Positions 61,015 through 64,000 of a stretch of 64,000 nt of DNA are shown here, one piece after another. A program made the translations under genes and the position numbers. The DNA comes from an uncultured Nitrospiraceae bacterium (GTDB lineage: Bacteria > Nitrospirota > Nitrospiria > Nitrospirales > Nitrospiraceae). Each line of letters starts with the position of its first letter. The stretch's first letter is position 1. The stretch spans positions 1,408,001 to 1,472,000 of the forward strand of contig CAWJWJ010000002.1 in NCBI GenBank assembly GCA_963846575.1, written 5' to 3'. The notes under the pieces were generated by a model. It saw only the letters and a program-made list of their open reading frames with translations, was not told the DNA's origin and did no database searches.

Positions 61015-61124
61015 ACTGTAGCGCGTGATGCTGAGAGCCACTACTAGGAATACCTCTTGGCGCCGTGGCCTGGCCGCCTAGGGGAGTGACTAGCTGTGCA
61101 GTAGATCAGGGAATCCGCTAAGGT
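61015..61124. promoter_or_regulatory. two CTAG boxes with divergent -10s
   Basis: CTAGGAATACCTCTTG 61044-61059 (minus TACAGT 61015-61020, gap 23); CTAGGGGAGTGACTAG 61078-61093 (plus TAAGGT 61119-61124, gap 25). Confidence 0.75.
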
Positions 61125-61149
61125 TCTGACTGGCTGAAATTCTTACAAC

Positions 61150-63474
61150 ATGAACCGATGGATGAGCTATGGAGGTGTCGGTCTGGACCCGGTGAAACCA
61201 GAAGCACCGCTGAAGGCTGTTCCCTCTCGTGCGGGATTACCCCCTCCGGAGGTCGCAAGTAATTCGCCCCCTTTGCTAGTACCGGGACGCAACTGCTGGC
61301 GGCTCGAGCCCAGCGACCGGTCCGTGTTTCTCATCGATGGGGAAGCCTATTTCAGGGCCTTCCGGGATGTTGCGCTGCAGGCGAGGGACTCTATCAGAAT
61401 CGTGGGGTGGGACCTCGACACGAAAACCGATCTGGTCAGGGAGCCCGGCCTGTCGGACGGGGTCCCCACCAGTCTGGGTGCCTTTCTCGTGGAGTTGTTG
61501 CGCCGGCAACCACGGTTGCGGATCTATGTGCTCAATTGGGACTTCGCGATGATTTATGCGTTGGATCGCGAATGGCTGCCCACCAGTAGGCCTGACTTCA
61601 TCCGTCACCGCAGGCTCTTCTACCAGGCTGACGGCCAGCACCCGGTGGGAGCCTCGCACCATCAGAAGATCGTGGTCATTGACGACAGCATCGGCTTCAC
61701 GGGCGGGTTGGACCTCACCAAGTCCCGCTGGGATACGAGTGCGCATACGCGTGACGACGCCCGGCGGGTCGATGCGGACGGCAAACCCTATGCTCCGTTT
61801 CATGATGTGCAGATGATGGTGTCGGGCGAGGCGGCCGGCGCATTGGGAGAACTCGCCCGGCTCCGTTGGTTGAACGCGACCGGGCAGCGGCTTCCTGCCT
61901 CACGCCCGCGTCCGGTGGAGGATCTGTGGCCTGCCCGTATCCTGCCTGATGTGGAACAGTCTTCGATCGGCATTTTACGTACCCAGCCGGTCTATGAGAA
62001 ACAGGTTGAGATCCGTGAGATCCAACAGGCCTATCTCGACGGGATCAAGCGGGCCCGGACATCCATCTACATCGAGTCCCAATATTTTTCCGCGCAGGTC
62101 ATCGGCCGCGCCCTCGCAAGCAGGCTGACGGAGCCGGAAGGCCCGGATGTGGTGCTGGTCCTGCGCCACGATTGTGACGGCTGGCTGGAACGGCAGCTGA
62201 TGGACGGAATGCGTGCCCGGCTGCTCAAGGAGCTTGAATTGGCCGACCACTATGGCCGGCTGCGGGTCTATGCCCCGACGGTCCCCGGCACGGGTGGAGC
62301 CGAAAAGGTGCAGGTGCATAGCAAGGTACTGATCGTGGATGAGGAATTCGTCTGCCTGGGATCTGCGAATGTCTCCAACCGGTCTATGGGGTTTGATACG
62401 GAGTGTAATCTCGCGCTCGATTCCCGCGGTCAGCCGGGTCTACGCTCCGTGATCGCGTCGCTACGCAACCGGTTAGTCGGTGAACATCTTGGCGTCGAGC
62501 CCGATCTCGTGGGGGAACGCATCAACGGGCTGGGCTCGCTCATCGGAGCCATCGAAGCTCTGCGAGGGGGGAACCGGAGCCTGGAAGACGGCTGTTTCGA
62601 TACTTGTGATGCGGGTGTCGCCCATATAGCTGACCACCTTCTCGTAGACCCCGAGCGCCCGGTGGCCGCCGCAGACGTCCTGGGCACATTCGTCCACGAA
62701 AGGGAGCGCGAGAAAATCGGACGGCGGCTGGTTATGGCGGTGTCAGTGGTGGCGGCCTTAGGTGCGCTGGCGGCGGCCTGGCGCTGGACGCCCCTGGCGG
62801 CTGCGGTCAATATCGAAACCCTCGTCGGGGCCCTGGAAGCCCTGGGGCGCGGCCCCCTGGGATTCGTGACCTTGCTGAGCGGGTTCATCGCCGGTGGATT
62901 CCTGGCGGTTCCCATCACACTGCTCATCGCCGTCACGGTCATTGCGTATGGCCCCTGGTACGGCGCTCCCTTCGCGCTGGCAGGCTCGCTCCTGAGCGCC
63001 ATCGGCCTGTTCTCGCTCGGCCGGGCCTTGGGAAGATATCGCGTGCAACGCTGGGCCGGCCGACATGTCGCGCATCTGAGCCACCGTCTTGGGGAGCGCG
63101 GGCTCTGGGCCATGTTCATGGTGAGGATCCTGCCTATCGCGCCTTTCTCCGTGGTGAACCTTGTGGCGGGCTCGACGACGTTATCGTTCCGCGACTTCAT
63201 CCTGGGGTCCGCCCTCGGCCTATCGCCCGGTATTCTGGTCACGGCCACGATCGTCAACCGTCTTGAAGAGGTGGTGCGGAAACCGAGCCCCCTGGCCGTG
63301 GCCTTGCTGGCCCTCTTGATTGCCGGGGGCTGGGCCTTTGCCTGGTATCTGTCGGGACGATTGCTCACGAAACGCCCGCCGGCCCGTTTCGCCACCGGCG
63401 ACCCTCCCGCCGCGGCGCCTGGCGCTCCCCGCAAAGGAACCTCCCCTGATGCGCATGTTTGTAGCCTCCTATAA
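61150..63474 (+). CDS. phospholipase D (2 HKD) fused to a VTT/DedA membrane domain
   Basis: HQKIVVID, HSKVLIVD; RILPIAPFSVVNLVAG. Confidence 0.92.
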   Translation: MNRWMSYGGVGLDPVKPEAPLKAVPSRAGLPPPEVASNSPPLLVPGRNCWRLEPSDRSVFLIDGEAYFRAFRDVALQARDSIRIVGWDLDTKTDLVREPGLSDGVPTSLGAFLVELLRRQPRLRIYVLNWDFAMIYALDREWLPTSRPDFIRHRRLFYQADGQHPVGASHHQKIVVIDDSIGFTGGLDLTKSRWDTSAHTRDDARRVDADGKPYAPFHDVQMMVSGEAAGALGELARLRWLNATGQRLPASRPRPVEDLWPARILPDVEQSSIGILRTQPVYEKQVEIREIQQAYLDGIKRARTSIYIESQYFSAQVIGRALASRLTEPEGPDVVLVLRHDCDGWLERQLMDGMRARLLKELELADHYGRLRVYAPTVPGTGGAEKVQVHSKVLIVDEEFVCLGSANVSNRSMGFDTECNLALDSRGQPGLRSVIASLRNRLVGEHLGVEPDLVGERINGLGSLIGAIEALRGGNRSLEDGCFDTCDAGVAHIADHLLVDPERPVAAADVLGTFVHEREREKIGRRLVMAVSVVAALGALAAAWRWTPLAAAVNIETLVGALEALGRGPLGFVTLLSGFIAGGFLAVPITLLIAVTVIAYGPWYGAPFALAGSLLSAIGLFSLGRALGRYRVQRWAGRHVAHLSHRLGERGLWAMFMVRILPIAPFSVVNLVAGSTTLSFRDFILGSALGLSPGILVTATIVNRLEEVVRKPSPLAVALLALLIAGGWAFAWYLSGRLLTKRPPARFATGDPPAAAPGAPRKGTSPDAHVCSLL

Positions 63475-64000
63475 TATTCATCGCGGGTTCGGACGGGATG
63501 GACGGTACGATCCGACCCGCATTGTTCACGTGTTGCGGGAGCTGGGCGCGGATATTATTGGTCTTCAGGAGGTGGACGTGCTGGGACCGGATACGGTTCA
63601 GCTCTTACCCTGGCTGGCATCTCAACTGAACATGACTCCGATTGCGGGTGCGGTGCGGTCCACAGCGGAAGGGGATTATGGGAACGCGCTTCTCACCAGG
63701 CTTCCCATTGAGCGGGTAAGACGGTGGGACCTGTCCATCGGAGACCACGAGCCCCGGGGAGTACTCGACATCGATATGAACTGGAACGGTCGATCGATCC
63801 AGGTGTTAAACACCCATCTGGGACTGTGGCCCTCCGAACGTGCTCCTCAAGTAAAACGTTTGGTTGAACTATTAGATCTAAATAGACGCGAACTGACGAT
63901 TTTGATGGGGGATTTGAACGAGTGGATCAGCTGGGGGCAGTCGCTCAGAAAGCTGGAGCATGTCTTCGATAGAACGGATGCCCCCGGCACGTTTCCCTCG
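63449..64000 (+). CDS. endonuclease/exonuclease/phosphatase (YbhP-like), 3' truncated by window
   Basis: SYNIHRG..ADIIGLQEV..YGNALL..NTHLG..MGDLNEW, translated by hand. Confidence 0.88.
   Translation, partial: MRMFVASYNIHRGFGRDGRYDPTRIVHVLRELGADIIGLQEVDVLGPDTVQLLPWLASQLNMTPIAGAVRSTAEGDYGNALLTRLPIERVRRWDLSIGDHEPRGVLDIDMNWNGRSIQVLNTHLGLWPSERAPQVKRLVELLDLNRRELTILMGDLNEWISWGQSLRKLEHVFDRTDAPGTFPS

Overview
GC-rich bacterial chromosome segment. The gene style and small hypothetical families suggest Nitrospira/Nitrospirota, which is an inference only. The first ~5.2 kb is core genome: the ampG 3' end, two small membrane genes, and a class II B12-dependent ribonucleotide reductase (nrdJ) with NrdR-like and DnaA boxes. 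From ~5.5 kb to the end is a large general-stress/stationary-phase gene cluster with no visible mobility genes. It encodes trehalose/glycogen enzymes (treZ, CBM48, glgC, treY, GH15), AhpC, SOD, a ferritin-like protein, a hemerythrin-like protein, NDH-2, two CsbD proteins, PRC barrels, DUF1328, Hsp20, a Csp3-like copper store, an uncalled 54-aa metallothionein, a histone-H1-like basic protein and Pro-rich microproteins. It also carries a signalling block: two NarL-type regulators, three HisKA_3 hybrid kinases, a CfcA-like kinase with CheR/CheB, and an NtrC-type activator. The main discovery is a recurring intergenic 16-bp palindrome, CTAG-N8-CTAG (consensus CTAGG-N6-SCTAG). I found 8 perfect and about 10 near-perfect copies by eye. 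They sit almost always 22-25 nt (mode 23) upstream of a TAnnnT -10-like hexamer facing a gene. This looks like an undescribed activator-controlled general stress regulon, plausibly driven by the resident NarL-family regulators. All motif counts were made by eye, not by computation.
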